Below, in pieces: positions 1 through 12,357 of a stretch of DNA of 64,000 nucleotides. Made by a program: the position numbers and the translations under genes. The DNA comes from Octopus sinensis. Taxonomy: Eukaryota. The notes under the pieces are model-generated. The model ran no database searches and was not told the origin of the DNA. It saw only the letters and a program-made list of their open reading frames with translations. The stretch's first letter is position 1. The number at the start of each line of letters is the position of its first letter. The stretch spans positions 40,052,001 through 40,116,000 of the forward strand of contig NC_043000.1 in assembly GCF_006345805.1 (NCBI RefSeq), read 5' to 3'.

Positions 1-718
1 AACTGCTGAGGTCAATTTTTGTTTATCTTTTGACATTTGATAAAAATTACATACTGTTCAGGTACTGAGGGTGATATAATCAACTAACCTTACCACCCAA
101 AATTTGCAAATTCCAAGACTGAATCCAAATGAAGGCCAACCTACTGATGAACTATGATTCAATCACCAAGGCACAGTTTCTTCCTACTGCATCTCTCATT
201 ACTATCTCTACTGGCTTCTGATTGTCTGAAGTAGTTATTTTCATATCTTCTGCATCCAGTTCTACCTCATACATTTATATTTCCCATTGCTATCATTATT
301 ACTTTTACATCCCATGTCTTACACAGTGTACCAAAAACATCTATCCCTAATACCTCTTCCTTACATGAACAGCATTCTGGAATTCTTTCTCTGGTCTCAT
401 ATTCTTCTTCAAAGAGATACCAATCTGCTGATGTTTAAACTGAACATCAACTGCTTTATTCTCACCAGACTGGGATAACATTCAAAGGTCATGAGCACTG
501 CTCTGACAATTTTATCATCATCTTTTTAATGCCCATTCACATGGGTCAGATTGAGACAAATTGTTTTATGGCTGGATGCCCTTCCTATTACCAACCATGA
601 CTTTTTTCCAAGCAAGATAATATTCCCCATGACCAGACATGTTTTTACAGGTTATTGGAAATGCATGACGTTAACAACAATCACACAATGTCAATATGAC
701 AGGCTTCTTTCAGTTTCT

Positions 719-940
719 TATTTCTTTACTGCCCACAAAGGCTACACACAGAGGGGACAAACAAGGACAGACAAACAGATTAAGACGATTATATCGACCC
801 CAGTATGTAACTGGTATTTGACCATGAAAGGATGAAAGGCAAAGTCGACCTCGGCGGAATTTGAACTCAGAACGTAACGGCAGACGAAATACCACTAAGC
901 ATTTCACCCGGCGTGCTAACGATTCTGCCAGCTAGCTGCC
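719..940 (-). mobile_element. SINE family B (tail type 1) inserted into a SINE family A fragment
   Basis: Reverse complement has the head ggcagctagctggcagaatcgttagcacgccggg, the central ccgaggtcgactttgcctttcatccttt and the tail tgtgggcagtaaagaaata. It is flanked by the duplicated aggcttctttcagtttct (701-718, 949-966). Confidence 0.85.
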
Positions 941-1569
941 TTATTGAAAGGCTTCTTTCAGTTTCTGTCTATCAAATCCACCAATAAGGTTTTAGTTGTC
1001 TTGGAGCTATAGTACAAGACACTTGCCCAAGGTGTCACACAGTGGAACTGAACCCAAAACCTTGCTATTGGGAGGCAAACTTACCACACAGCTATGCATG
1101 GACTTTGTATTAAAGAAAAGAAACATTAAAAACTGCCAATATTAATCACCAAAGTCATAAACATCTCTTGGAAGATGATATTTTTTCCTAAATGAATTCA
1201 GATTGATTAGCTACTGTGATTTTAATCAAAGAATATAATTGAAGAAAAACCAACAAACAGAACAAAAAGCCTCCTTGTTTGTTTATTATCAAATTTTTCA
1301 ATCCATAATTTCAACCTGCCAAAAATGTTGGATAAATTTAGCTAACCTGGACAATTCAAATATAAGTCCCGCTATAGTAATTTGCTTTTTCTTCATTTTA
1401 GTAATCAATAAGATGTTTAGATCTCAGTCTTAATCCTTAAAAACTACAAAGAGGAACTGATACTTGTCTTGCTTCAGTCAGACAGGCTGAGGCAAGTACA
1501 ATAATGTTGGTATGGGGTGGGGTGGGGTGGGAACAACGACAGAGAGAGAGAAAGGGAGATTGTAGATTA

Positions 1570-2015
1570 GTTTCAAATTTTGGCACAAAGCCAGCAGTTT
1601 TGAGGGGAGAAAGAAGTCGATTTCATTTACTCCCAGTACTCAACTGGTCCTTATTTTATGAACACCGAAAGAATGAAAGGCGAGGTGAAGTTGACCTTAG
1701 TAAAATTTGAATCCAGAACAAAGATGGACAAAATACCACTGGGCATTTTGTCTGGTGTGCTAACAACCCTGCCAGCTTGCTGCCTTAAGACTATAGAAAA
1801 ATTGGTTTCAAATTCTGGCACAAGGCCAGCAATTTCAAGGAAGGGAGTAAATTGATTACATCGACTCCAGTGCTTAACTGGTACTTATTTTATCAACCAT
1901 AAAAGGATGGAAGGCAAAGTTGACCTTGGTGTAATTTGAACTCAGAATATAAAGTCAGATAAAATGCCACAGCATTTTGCCCGGCATGTTAATGATTCTA
2001 CCAATTCACTATCTT
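1570..2015 (-). mobile_element. Two adjacent degenerate SINE B copies (tail type 2)
   Basis: Two diverged repeats of tttggcacaa...ctggtacttattttat...gaaaggcaaagttgacct...atttgaactcagaa. Confidence 0.75.
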
Positions 2016-2486
2016 AAGACTATAGAAACATTGGAAATTAGTAAGTTAACAAATAGTCCTTAATCTCTCTAAAACTCATAGTAATAATACTCTTTTACCA
2101 TTCTATCTGTTACTTTTTTTTCTTAACAGAAAACTAAAAAGGTAAAAAAGAAATCGTAAAGTCATGTAATTAAGGAGGTTACTTTACAACCATGTGGTTC
2201 CCTGTAGCCTTTTACTGTAACCTTGGGTTATCTACTATCTTGTGTGTGAAATTTGGAAACTGAACAGAAGTCTATCATAAGCACATGCATGAGTACATAT
2301 GTGTGTAGGGCCAGTCTGTGTGCATGTTTGTTTTTACCAGTCAACTTTTAGTTATTTTATTGAAAGGAAAGTTAAGCCCAGTGCAATTTGAACTCAGACC
2401 GTAAAACCAGAAAAATGTCACTGAGCATCTTGTAAAGTGTGCCAATGATTTTGCCAGCTTGCTGCCTCAATTATAACAATAATAAT

Positions 2487-2838
2487 AACAAAAAGAGCAC
2501 TTGAGAGTACAAACCTCTGCCAAGGCAACACCAATGTCCTCTCAATGATTAGCCAGAGATGATTTTTAAAATGAGAATATCTGAAATAAACTCGACTGCT
2601 CTCACAAATGAGAATACTAAAAGTGAACCTGACCGCTCTCAAAAATTAAGTAAAATACAGGCAGAATAATCCAGAATCCTTGTCTGGTACCAGATTGATC
2701 CCAAAATTTAATCAGTTTGTGCATGTCACAAGGCCAAATATCCCTGAAAGTTTCATCCAAATTCATCCAGCGGTTCTTGAGATATCTTGTCCATAGACAA
2801 ACACAACAATACCTCTGCCTTCGCTAAGGCAGAGGTAA
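2487..2838 (-). mobile_element. Non-autonomous Helentron-type element (HINE/DINE-1-like)
   Basis: Subterminal inverted repeat acctctgcc (2513-2521) / ggcagaggt (2828-2836), terminal hairpin 2810-2837, short palindrome-like gcacttgagagtac (2497-2510), A/T-rich flanks, no TSD. Confidence 0.6.
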
Positions 2839-3789
2839 TAATATTAAACTAAAAAAAAAAAAAAAAAAAGAAACATTTAAAATGTCCAAAGGCAGAGCAA
2901 AAATTAAGGACAGAAGTGAAATATGAGCACGATTTTTTTCAAGGACATTTTTAAATAATGACAATTATGGTAGGTGAAAATTATTTCAAAAGGAAGTCTG
3001 ATCTCATACACCATAATTAAAGTATTTTTTTTATTATTTATTTTCTAAAAAGGTAAAGTCAGTTCTATTATGTTAGTTTTATAAACAGGACAAGACAATT
3101 GTAGTAAAGTTTGAAAAAGGAGGTTACTGAAAAAAATAACTAAAACACAAAGAATAATTTTAAAAGCCAAGAGTAAAACCACTTGGCAAGGAAGACATTA
3201 AATTGTTACATAAGTAATTAACAAAAATTAGAATCAATTAATTCTGTTAAGTTGGCTTTGTTTATAGAACAATAATTTGTAATCATCTGAAAACAAGTTA
3301 ACATTTTCAGTGTATGTGGAGGAAGACAGAGAGAATGCGTGTGTGTGTGTGCACATAGGAGTAACAGAGGAGGAAGAAAAGAGACTGGGAGAAAGAGAGA
3401 GAAGCTGTGAAATGTTTTGCGGGAGAGAAACTGTAAGGGTGAGAGAAACAGAAACTATGGGTGTATTTGAAAGATACAAAAAAAGAGAGAGAAAGAGATA
3501 GAGAGAGTGTGTAAAAGAGAAAGAGAGAGACAAAGACTGGGGAGTGTGAGAGAGAAAGAGATTTCTGAGAGAAACAATATCTTTATAAAAACTGCAGCAT
3601 AAGAGAAACAATTCAACTAGGATTTGGAACTAGATTATTAGGTTGATTTTTGTCAAAAACTTGGCAGCACCATACCACAATGCACACCATATGTATAGGT
3701 GTGAGCACAATGGTGGGACAGGGGGACTGGAGAGGACATTTGAATGATTTCTGAGAAGTAAGTTGACAAGGTGATGTGGGAGCTGAATA

Positions 3790-4290
3790 TTTTGTCTGCA
3801 TCTTTTTTTTTCAATATAAATGATGATGCCAACAGCTCCATAAAGGAAGTGCTGATCTCTCAAAGTAGATGGAACATATAAAAGAGGGAGACCCAGGAAG
3901 ATATGGGATGAAGTACTGAAGGATGACCTCTGGACACTGAACCTTTCAAATGAAATGATAAAGGACTGAGATACCTGGTGCCTTCCTGTACTTAAGAAGA
4001 CCTGTCTTCCAAAGCAGAAATGTTAAGGCCACCCCCTGGTGAAGAAGTTTGGCCTGCAAAAGTACTGTGCAGGTGCCATGTAAAAAGCACTCATGCCAGT
4101 GCAATGTAAAAGCACCCAGCACCCTCTGTAAAGTGGTTGGCATTAGGAAGGGTGTCCAGCTGCAGAAACCATGTCAAATCAGATTGGAGCTTGCTGCAGC
4201 TTGCAAACTTGTCAGCTCTGGTCAAACCGTTCCAACCCATGCCAGCACGGACAACAGACGTTAAATGATGATGATGATGTTGATGATATT
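3790..4290 (+). mobile_element. RTE-clade LINE 3' fragment (ORF C-terminus, 3'UTR and (TGA)n tail)
   Basis: Manual translation gives LKVDGTYKRGRPRKIWDEVLKDDL, the RTE GRPR.W motif. It ends caacccatgccagcacggacaacagacgttaaatgatgatgatg. Confidence 0.75.
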
Positions 4291-4574
4291 GATGACCGAG
4301 GAAGAAAAAGGTGAAAGAGAAAAACACCTAATCAAACTGTACTTTCTCACAACACCACATACTGTTCCAGGGCACTTTACTACATAAAGTGCAGCACAAC
4401 ACTGTTTGGTGTGCTAAACGACATTTCAGTTGCATTACATAATGATACTAAAATACATAGATATAAATCAGCAAAGGCATATAACGGCAAGTTAGATAGG
4501 AGCAAACCTATATTAAAAATTGAGTGATTAAAAGACCAAAACAGAAGTGTTTTCAGGTAAAAATTTATTTGAAG

Positions 4575-4945
4575 AAGCTGTGTGGTAAGAAGCTTGCTTC
4601 CCAAATACATGAATCTGGGATCAGTCACACAATATAGTACCTTAGGCAAGTGTCTTCTACTAAAGTTTTGGGCCAACCAAAGTTTTTTTGAATGGATTTG
4701 GTAGCCAGAAACTGAAAGAAGTTTATTGTGTGTGTTTGTTTGTCCCTCACCATTGCTTGACAACTGGTGTTGGTGTGCTTAACTCCCTGTAACTTAGTGA
4801 TTCAGCAAAAATAGTTTAAGTACCAGGTTAAAAAAACACAAAAAAATAATAAGTACAGGAGTTGATTTATTTGACTAAAATTCTTCAATGTGGTGTCCCA
4901 GAATAGCTGCAGTTTAATGACTGAGACAAATAAAAGATAAAAACG
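4575..4945 (+). mobile_element. SINE family A (tRNA head, CORE-like segment), degenerate
   Basis: gctgtgtggtaagaagcttgc head, ccttaggcaagtgtcttctac segment, tail gcagtttaatgactgagac. Confidence 0.75.
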
Positions 4946-5174
4946 TATAATAAAATGTGTATGACAAAAGAATAGAAATACAAAGGAGCAGGGATTAAAC
5001 ACAAAATTCCTATGTAAAAATAAATAGCATAAGTTAGGTTTATAACTAACCAAGAAGTAAAAAGAAAGTGTGGGCTTTTAAGATCAGCTGAGGTCACCTA
5101 AAGAAATTGTATTGACAAAAGATAAAACTTGCACTAATGTGGCTATCTATAAATTTTTATATAGTTTTTCATTG

Positions 5175-5545
5175 ACATGGCTGTGTGGTTAAGAAGCTTG
5201 GTTTGCAACCATGTAGATTTAGGTTCAATCCCATTGAGTGACACCTCGATCCCTTGATTATTAAGTGTCCAATCAATGCCCCATGCAGATTAATGCCTTG
5301 TGAGTGGATCTGGCAGATGGAAACTGTGAAAGCCCATAGTGTGTGTGGTGTGTGTGTGCTTACACACACACACGTGTGTCCTCACCACTGCTTAGTAAGT
5401 GGTGTTGGTTTGTGACCCTTAGCAGGGTCACAAACACCTACAGAATAAGCACCAGGTCTAAAAATAAGAACTTGGGTCGATTCAACTCCTTAAGGTGGCA
5501 TCCCAGCAAAGCTGTAGTCCAATGGTTGAAATGAGTAAAAGATAT
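5175..5545 (+). mobile_element. SINE family A, degenerate
   Basis: Same head, internal (TG)n and tail as the copy at 36794-37192. Confidence 0.7.
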
Positions 5546-5636
5546 ATATTCTACATTGCTTCTTTCCTATTAATGTCAAAGCAATGGTATACACACACAT
5601 GCATGTGCGTATATATATATATATATATATATATAT

Positions 5637-6200
5637 CTTTTACTCGTTTCAGTCATTTGACTGCAGCCATGCTAGATCACCAGCTTTAGTTGAACTAATC
5701 GATCCCAGGACTTATTCTTTGTAAACCTGGTACTTATTCTATTGGTCTTTTCTGTTGAACCGCTAAGTTACAGGGACATAAACATACCAACATCAGTTGT
5801 CAAGTGATGGTGGGGGGACAAACACAGACACACAAATACATACAATATATATATGTATATAAATATATAAATGCAGAGTATATAAAGGGAATGTTCTTTA
5901 TGTCACCTGTCTCATTTCTCATTTTGTTCACCTTTTTTTTTTATGTCCTGTACCCATATATGCATGTATATAAACATTTATATGTAGGTATGTACATATA
6001 TGTATGTATATATGCATATATATATATATACATATATACACATGAGCTTCTTTCAGGTTCCATCTACCAAATCCACTCAAGGCTTTGGTTGGCCCGAAGC
6101 TATAGTAGAAGACACTTGCCCAATGTGCTGTGCAGTGGGACTGAACCTGGAACATGTGGTTGAGAATAAATTTTCTTACCACACAGCCACTCCTGCGCCT
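5637..6200 (-). mobile_element. SINE family A with expanded internal microsatellite
   Basis: Reverse complement of head (6050-6200) and tail (5637-5835), separated by TA-rich sequence. Confidence 0.8.
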
Positions 6201-6201
6201 A

Positions 6202-6247
<46 letters not shown>

Positions 6248-6434
6248 ACTTCAGCAGTGTAACTGCTCATGTGCTGCTGCTGATATTTTTCCTTCTCTGG
6301 ACTTTTCCGCTTTCCTTTCTGATGAAGAGCTATGCCTGAAACATTAACAGCCCTCCTTTTACCGAGTGTCAAACTACTACATTCCATGTGCATGTCCTCT
6401 TGTTATTTGTTGATGATGTTACATTTAATGTCTG

Positions 6435-6557
6435 ATCAACTATAACTCTGGCTCAAACAAAGCCTTGTGAGAGATTTGCAAGGTGAATGAGTCTTTTTTC
6501 AGTATCCATCTTGCAAATCTCTCAGAAGGCTTTGTTTAACCCAGAGTTATGGTTGAT
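6435..6557. repeat. Local inverted duplication of a SINE A fragment (arms about 54 bp)
   Basis: 6435-6488 is near reverse-complementary to 6504-6557. Confidence 0.85.
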
Positions 6558-7297
6558 AACATATGACTTACCAAGCTTCACAGTAGGACTGAAACCAAAT
6601 CTCAATAATTAGAAGGAAGCTTCTTAATTACATTGCCACGCCTACACTTATGAATCTGTGTGTATAAAACAGTGAACTGGAATAAACTACCTTAAATACA
6701 CTTTTCTCAGGTTTGTAAGAGAGAGAGGGAGATAGAGAGAGAGAGGGGGGAGCAGTCAAAGAAGTCCACCTACACATACGAAATATATTCAGCAAAACAG
6801 GTTAGAAAATTTGTGAACTATTGAGGTTACTGAGCTTGACAATAATAGGAGACTTGTTTTTTGACAATCCCATTCCATAGCTTAGCTTTGTCACACTTGA
6901 TTGTTGTGGAAGTAGCAGTGGTGGTGTTGGTGGTGGTTGTCAAAATAATGGGTGATAGTGGGCGGTGTCGTAACGGCGACTATAAGGCAGTGTAGTGTGA
7001 CATCAGTGATATAAGTTTTCATGAAAATGGAAACTTAAAACGCCTCGCCATCTGCCAACGAACAGTGAAGGTATGCATGTATTATACACATCCCTGGGCC
7101 AACAAAAGCCTTGTGAGTGGAGTATGGGCTTGGTAGACGGAAACTGAAAGAATCCTATAAATTTATATATAATTACAAGCAAATTATTATATACACATAA
7201 AACAAGTAGATGGAATAAACAAGATTTAATTAAAAATCACAACTATTGTTTCTGTGCAATGGTAACAGCTATTGATTGTCGAGTTTTCCATATACTC

Positions 7298-7667
7298 TTT
7301 TCTACTCTGGGTACAAGGCCCGAAATTTTGGGGAGGGGCCAGTCGATTAGTTGCATACTGGGGTCTCCGAGTTTGCAACTGGTACTTAATTTATTGACCT
7401 CGAAAGGATGAAAGGCAGAGTTGACCTTGGCAAAATTTGAACTTAGAATGTGAAAACAGACGAAATACCTATTTCTTTACTACCCACAAGGGGCTAAACA
7501 CAGAGGACAAACAAGGACAGACAAACGGATTAAGTCGATTATATCGACCCTGAAAGGATGAAAGGCAAAGTCGACCTCGGCGGAATTTGAACTCAGAACG
7601 TAGCGGCAGACGAAATACCGCCACGCATTTCGCCTGGCGTGCTAATGTTTCTGCCAGCTCACCACCT
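7298..7667 (-). mobile_element. Composite SINE B (tail-1 unit joined to a 5'-truncated tail-2 unit)
   Basis: Two central domains with the junction gacgaaatacc|tatttctttac. The whole is flanked by gagttttccatatact (7281-7296) and gagatttccatatact (7668-7683). Confidence 0.8.
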
Positions 7668-8477
7668 GAGATTTCCATATACTATTATAAAAATTATTTT
7701 ATAAACAATTATATAAATAAATATGATCTCGCAGTAGCTGTGAACTGACACATCATCCGGTGAGTGGCTTTGAGAGTGCTGCTGGATCACGTTCAGTTTT
7801 CTCCTTGTTTTATAACCCTTATGTGTGTGTGTATGTGTGTCCTACCACTACTTGACACTCGGTGTTGCTTTGTTTATGCTAATCCCTTCAAGGTTGTACC
7901 CTGACATAGCTGCAGTTTCATGACTGAAATATATACATATATATATATATATATATAGTGCTAGTGCATGCATATACAGCTGCATGCGTGCGCACATACA
8001 CGCGAGTACTGTCCAATTCTCCGACCAATCACATACAGCTAGCTGGCATTCAATTGGCGTATCAAGTTTCGGATAGAAAATTCACAAAAAAGTCACTTGT
8101 ATTGATTTTTTAATGGCTTTGCTGGGTGACTGGGGAAATGTAAAGATTTGCACGACCACACTTGGACGGTTTTGAATGACCATAGAAAGTGCGACCCCTC
8201 TAACAGAAAAATTGTGGATTTGTATGTGTGTGTGTGTGTGTATAGTAACTAAGTATAAAGTAACAAATGTATAAAATAACAAAGGCAACAGGTATATTTA
8301 TACATTGACACCGTTCGTTTGCTTTGTAATACAGAGGGCTTCCTATCGACAGCATTTCAGTGACCAACGAAGTCGCAAATCTCAACTTTTGTTATCACTA
8401 ACGCCACCTCCATAAACATGTTCAGACGTATATCTATATATCGATATAGGTTAAATGTTAAATGCGTGCATAGTGTA

Positions 8478-8531
<54 letters not shown>

Positions 8532-8732
8532 AGAGAGGGAGTGAGAGAGGGGGAGTAATCAATATGCATGAGCAGGAGGTGGACAGTAGAGGATTTCCGC
8601 CAGTTTATTACTAATAACTAAGATATTTTATCTGACAGTTCTATAGGTAAGTAAACGTTAGTTATGCGTGTCAGTCTATCTGTTCTCTTTTCTCCCACAT
8701 ATACACACTTAAGCAAAATTCAAGAGTCATGA

Positions 8733-9096
8733 TCTCTCTATATATAAACGGCAGTTTGTCTGTCTGTGTGTCTGTCAGGTTGTACCCTCACCCTCACCAC
8801 GGCTTTCAACCGATTCTGATGAAACTTGACACACACATAGCCCAATGTCATAATTCAAAACTAACGCAGCGAAAATTTTGAAAAGTTCCCCCAGTTCTGA
8901 AAAAGATCGATAAATTCGACATGGGGTCGAGAATCAGAAACACAAACCACAGACTGTCTAGGGGACGCAACTCGACCTTTTTAACTCTCAAAAAAATTTA
9001 CCATAATTTTTTTCCATTTTTTTGGCTATAACTCTCTAAAAATGCTTTATAGTTATTTCCCTTACAAACCCGAGCAACGCCGGGCGATACTGCTAG
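8733..9096 (+). mobile_element. Non-autonomous Helitron, complete (364 bp)
   Basis: 5' TC(tctctatatataaa), 3' hairpin cccgagcaacgccggg (9069-9084), CTAG end, inserted between A8732 and T9097, no TSD. Confidence 0.85.
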
Positions 9097-9394
9097 TGTT
9101 AATATAAAACGCATGTTTTCTGCCCTTTAGTTTTATCACTCATTTATCTGCGACCTGGCCACCAACACTGTACCACTGCAGTGTCTATGACCAGTCACTA
9201 GGTGTACTACGGACACTTTTGCCGCAAAAATATGTAGGCGTGTATTAAATTTCAATTACGAGCTTTTCACGAAGTACACCCACACACACAATAACAGACG
9301 CAGTCAAGTATGGCATCAAAGTAACAAAATATGTTAATATGGCTGCTATTTTATAGCATGTTGAGCTATCTACTAGCACATAACTAGAGCGTGG

Positions 9395-9655
9395 TTGCAA
9401 CACAATTTCTTTTCCTCAACAGACCCTGCTCTTTTTAACATTATTCCAAACAAATCAAAGAAGAAAAAGATCTTATCGCCTTCAAACTCAATCTGGATAA
9501 ATTTCTTCAGGGGATACCAGGTAAGCTGCCTACATGGATACATCTTTATCAACAACTCCTTACTTGGCTCTAAAATAACTGAACAGATCCTATCAGGTTA
9601 GACATCACCTGGGCCAATCTTTGGCCGAAGCATATCTAAGTTATCGAGTCTAGCA
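9395..9655 (+). pseudogene. CR1-group LINE extreme 3' fragment
   Basis: Frameshifted translation PALFNIIP / KEEKDLIAFKLNLDKFLQ resembles the C-terminus at 22986-23312. The tail ctgggccaatctttggccgaa matches 20727-20803. Confidence 0.6.
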
Positions 9656-9702
9656 ACCAAATAAAGATCTCCCCTGTTAGCTCATACTTACATACACAAG
9701 AC

Positions 9703-9824
9703 AGGTCATTTCCACAGATTTTCTAAAGGAATTATAGCTAGCACTGATTTTGTCACGACGTTTCATATCCGAAACGTCAGACATGCTGGCTTTAATTTCT
9801 ATAGAAAATCTATAGAGATGACCT
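9703..9824. repeat. Imperfect inverted repeat with an inner hairpin
   Basis: Arms 9703-9743 and 9784-9824 (41 nt, 7 differences by eye) enclose gacgtttc-atatcc-gaaacgtc. Confidence 0.75.
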
Positions 9825-11657
9825 TAACGCCTGGTTTATGTACATTGCTAATACAGTAGTACACGGTATTGATTTATAAAAACGTTTAGGTATACTTTAT
9901 AGCATATTATGTGGGAGAGAGAGTTAGAGGATCGGGAACGGGAAAATAGTATAGAGAATAGAGGGAGAAGTTTCATAACCACTCTGTGGATCAGGGCTGA
10001 TCTCTAGCATAGCACTAACCCCACTCTCTCTGTTCTTGAGACCTAGACAAATGGCTGTCTCAATTTTGTACGTAATAAAATACATATATTTTACTTGTTA
10101 GACTGTGTCCATACTGAGGCACGGTCTTTAGGAATTTTTAGCCGAATGAATTAACCACAGTACTTATTTTTGAAGCCTGGTACTTATTTTATCGGTCTTT
10201 TTGCCGAACCGCTACAAAACGGGAGACGCAACATGAAAGAAAGTGCTTTGCTCAAGAACACAACACACAGACCAGTTCTGGAACCGAACTCACAACCTCG
10301 CAATGCTCTAACCACTGACTCATACACCTTCATATCTTGCATACAGACGCCTTATGTATTTAACAGTAAACTAATTATATCTAATACATGTTAGACAGAT
10401 AGTTGCTGTTGAGCTCCAAGTCAGTCAAGATGCAAACCGGCTTATGATCAAAGATGTTCCCGTTGTAACGATAATATTTTTTGTTCATACAAAACAATGC
10501 CCCAGCATAGTCGCAGTCAAATGACTGAAACAGACCATCGCCCAAATATAAAGTAGCTAGGAATACACAATCCTGTATGTTCATTCCTTTTTATTTCAAG
10601 GCGTCAGAGTATGGTTTGAGAGAAATTTGGCTGTTTCTAGCATGTTGAATGACCACATAGAAGACCTACCACTAGTTCGTTATTAAACATGCTTGTCATA
10701 CAAGGCGTCAGTGCTGGTCCAGCAGAACTATGATCAGAGCCGTTCTAACCGTAGCCATATCTTTTATTCAGTCTCATTATATCAAATACAATGTGGGCAT
10801 GCCTTAGGCCTGACTAGATCAGCAAAGTTCACCTTCTGCCAAGTATTTCCAGTCAAAAAAACTTCAAAATTTCTTTCACAACCACGACACAATAATATAA
10901 CTCACACGAATCAGTTGGAGAGCCCAGACGTGTTACATATAGCAGCCAAATCTCCCTTAAAATCCATTGTACTAAGCTTGAGACATTGGATAATACACTT
11001 CCAAGATTATGTTTAAAGAAAAGGCTACAGCGTTTTGTTTTCCATGGGTTTCATGTTATTTTCTTTCGATGTTTCTAAGGTGGTGAACTGAGCGATTCTT
11101 GATGAGGAACTCTCTCTCTCTCTCACGAAAGCTTTCACGCAGTTTCCGTCTAACAAATTCACTCACAAGGTATTGGTCGACCCAAGGCTATAGAAAACGC
11201 TTGCCCATGGTACTGTGCAGTGGATCGAACCCGAAGCCACTAGGTTGCAAAACGAGCTTCTTAACCAGTCATACCTGTTTAAACATTTAGAAGTTACTGG
11301 CAGTGAAATGAGAAAGATGGAAATAATTGCAAGTAGTTAATGCGGGGTTCCTGGAAGTGAAAGCGCTGAATGTCACGTTCAATAATTTATAAAATTCGTC
11401 TCATGCAATAGGATCGGCTCTAGTAAAACTGACCTCCTAGAAAAGCGGGCGAGGGAGTAATATCACTAACTATACATGATTTTTTTTTTTTGACATTGCC
11501 CCCACCTTAACATACGAAAAGGACAAGGCAGTCAGGCTAAATTTTCAAAATTATGGACAAAAAAAAAAAAGGTGATGAATAATCTTCATTAATGACTTTT
11601 TAAACGAGTGACACATGAAACGTCATTTCCGGACTGCATAAGGATAAATAACGACGT

Positions 11658-12066
11658 AGGCGTGGCTGCGTGGTAAGAAGTTTGCTTCCGAACCACATGG
11701 TTTTGGGTTCAGTCTCATTGCGTGGCACTTGAGGACAGTGTCTTCTACAACAGCCTCGGGCCGACCAAAAACTTGTGATTAGATCTGGTAGACGAAAACT
11801 GTAAGAAGCCCGTTTTGTGAGTGTGTGTGTATGTGTGTATGTATATATATGTGTGCGTGTGTGCTCCTCCTCCATTGCCTGACAACCGGTGATGGTGTGC
11901 TTACGTCCCTGTGATCTAGCGGTTCGGCAAGGAGGCCGACATAATAAGTATCAGGCTTAAAACAACAACAACAGAAAAAGTATTGATGCCGATTCGTTCG
12001 ACTTAAATTTTTCAAGGCGGTGCTCCAGCATGACCGCAGTCTAATAACTGAAATGAGTAAAAGATA
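11658..12066 (+). mobile_element. SINE family A, near full length
   Basis: Head aggcgtggctgcgtggtaagaag, internal (TG)n, tail ggcggtgctccagcatgaccgcagtctaataactgaaa. Confidence 0.85.
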
Positions 12067-12357
12067 AAACCATCAGGAAAAAAAAAAAAGGCCAAAAAAA
12101 GCCAAACAAACACGTTATTAGCAATATTATGAATATTTATCTACTTCTTAGAAATGAATTATCGACGAAATCCGGTTTGGCTACTGTGGTGTAGGGAGTA
12201 AAGTGATTTAGAGATTTGTGAAAAAAAAAAAAAAGTGATTATCATCCGCATTGAAAGTTTTTTTTTCCACGATTACCTACACATGTCCCACTTTCTCACC
12301 CGCTTTTGCTACATGGACCATTAAACTATAAGATTGTGTGTGTGTGTGTGTACATAA

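Noticed and set aside
7960-8235. CCAAT boxes or a possible minus-strand Helitron fragment
   Set aside because: Termini cannot be verified; neither reading is supported well enough.
8570-8660. Strong donor-like AG|GTAAGT
   Set aside because: No supportable upstream acceptor or ORF; such sites are common by chance.
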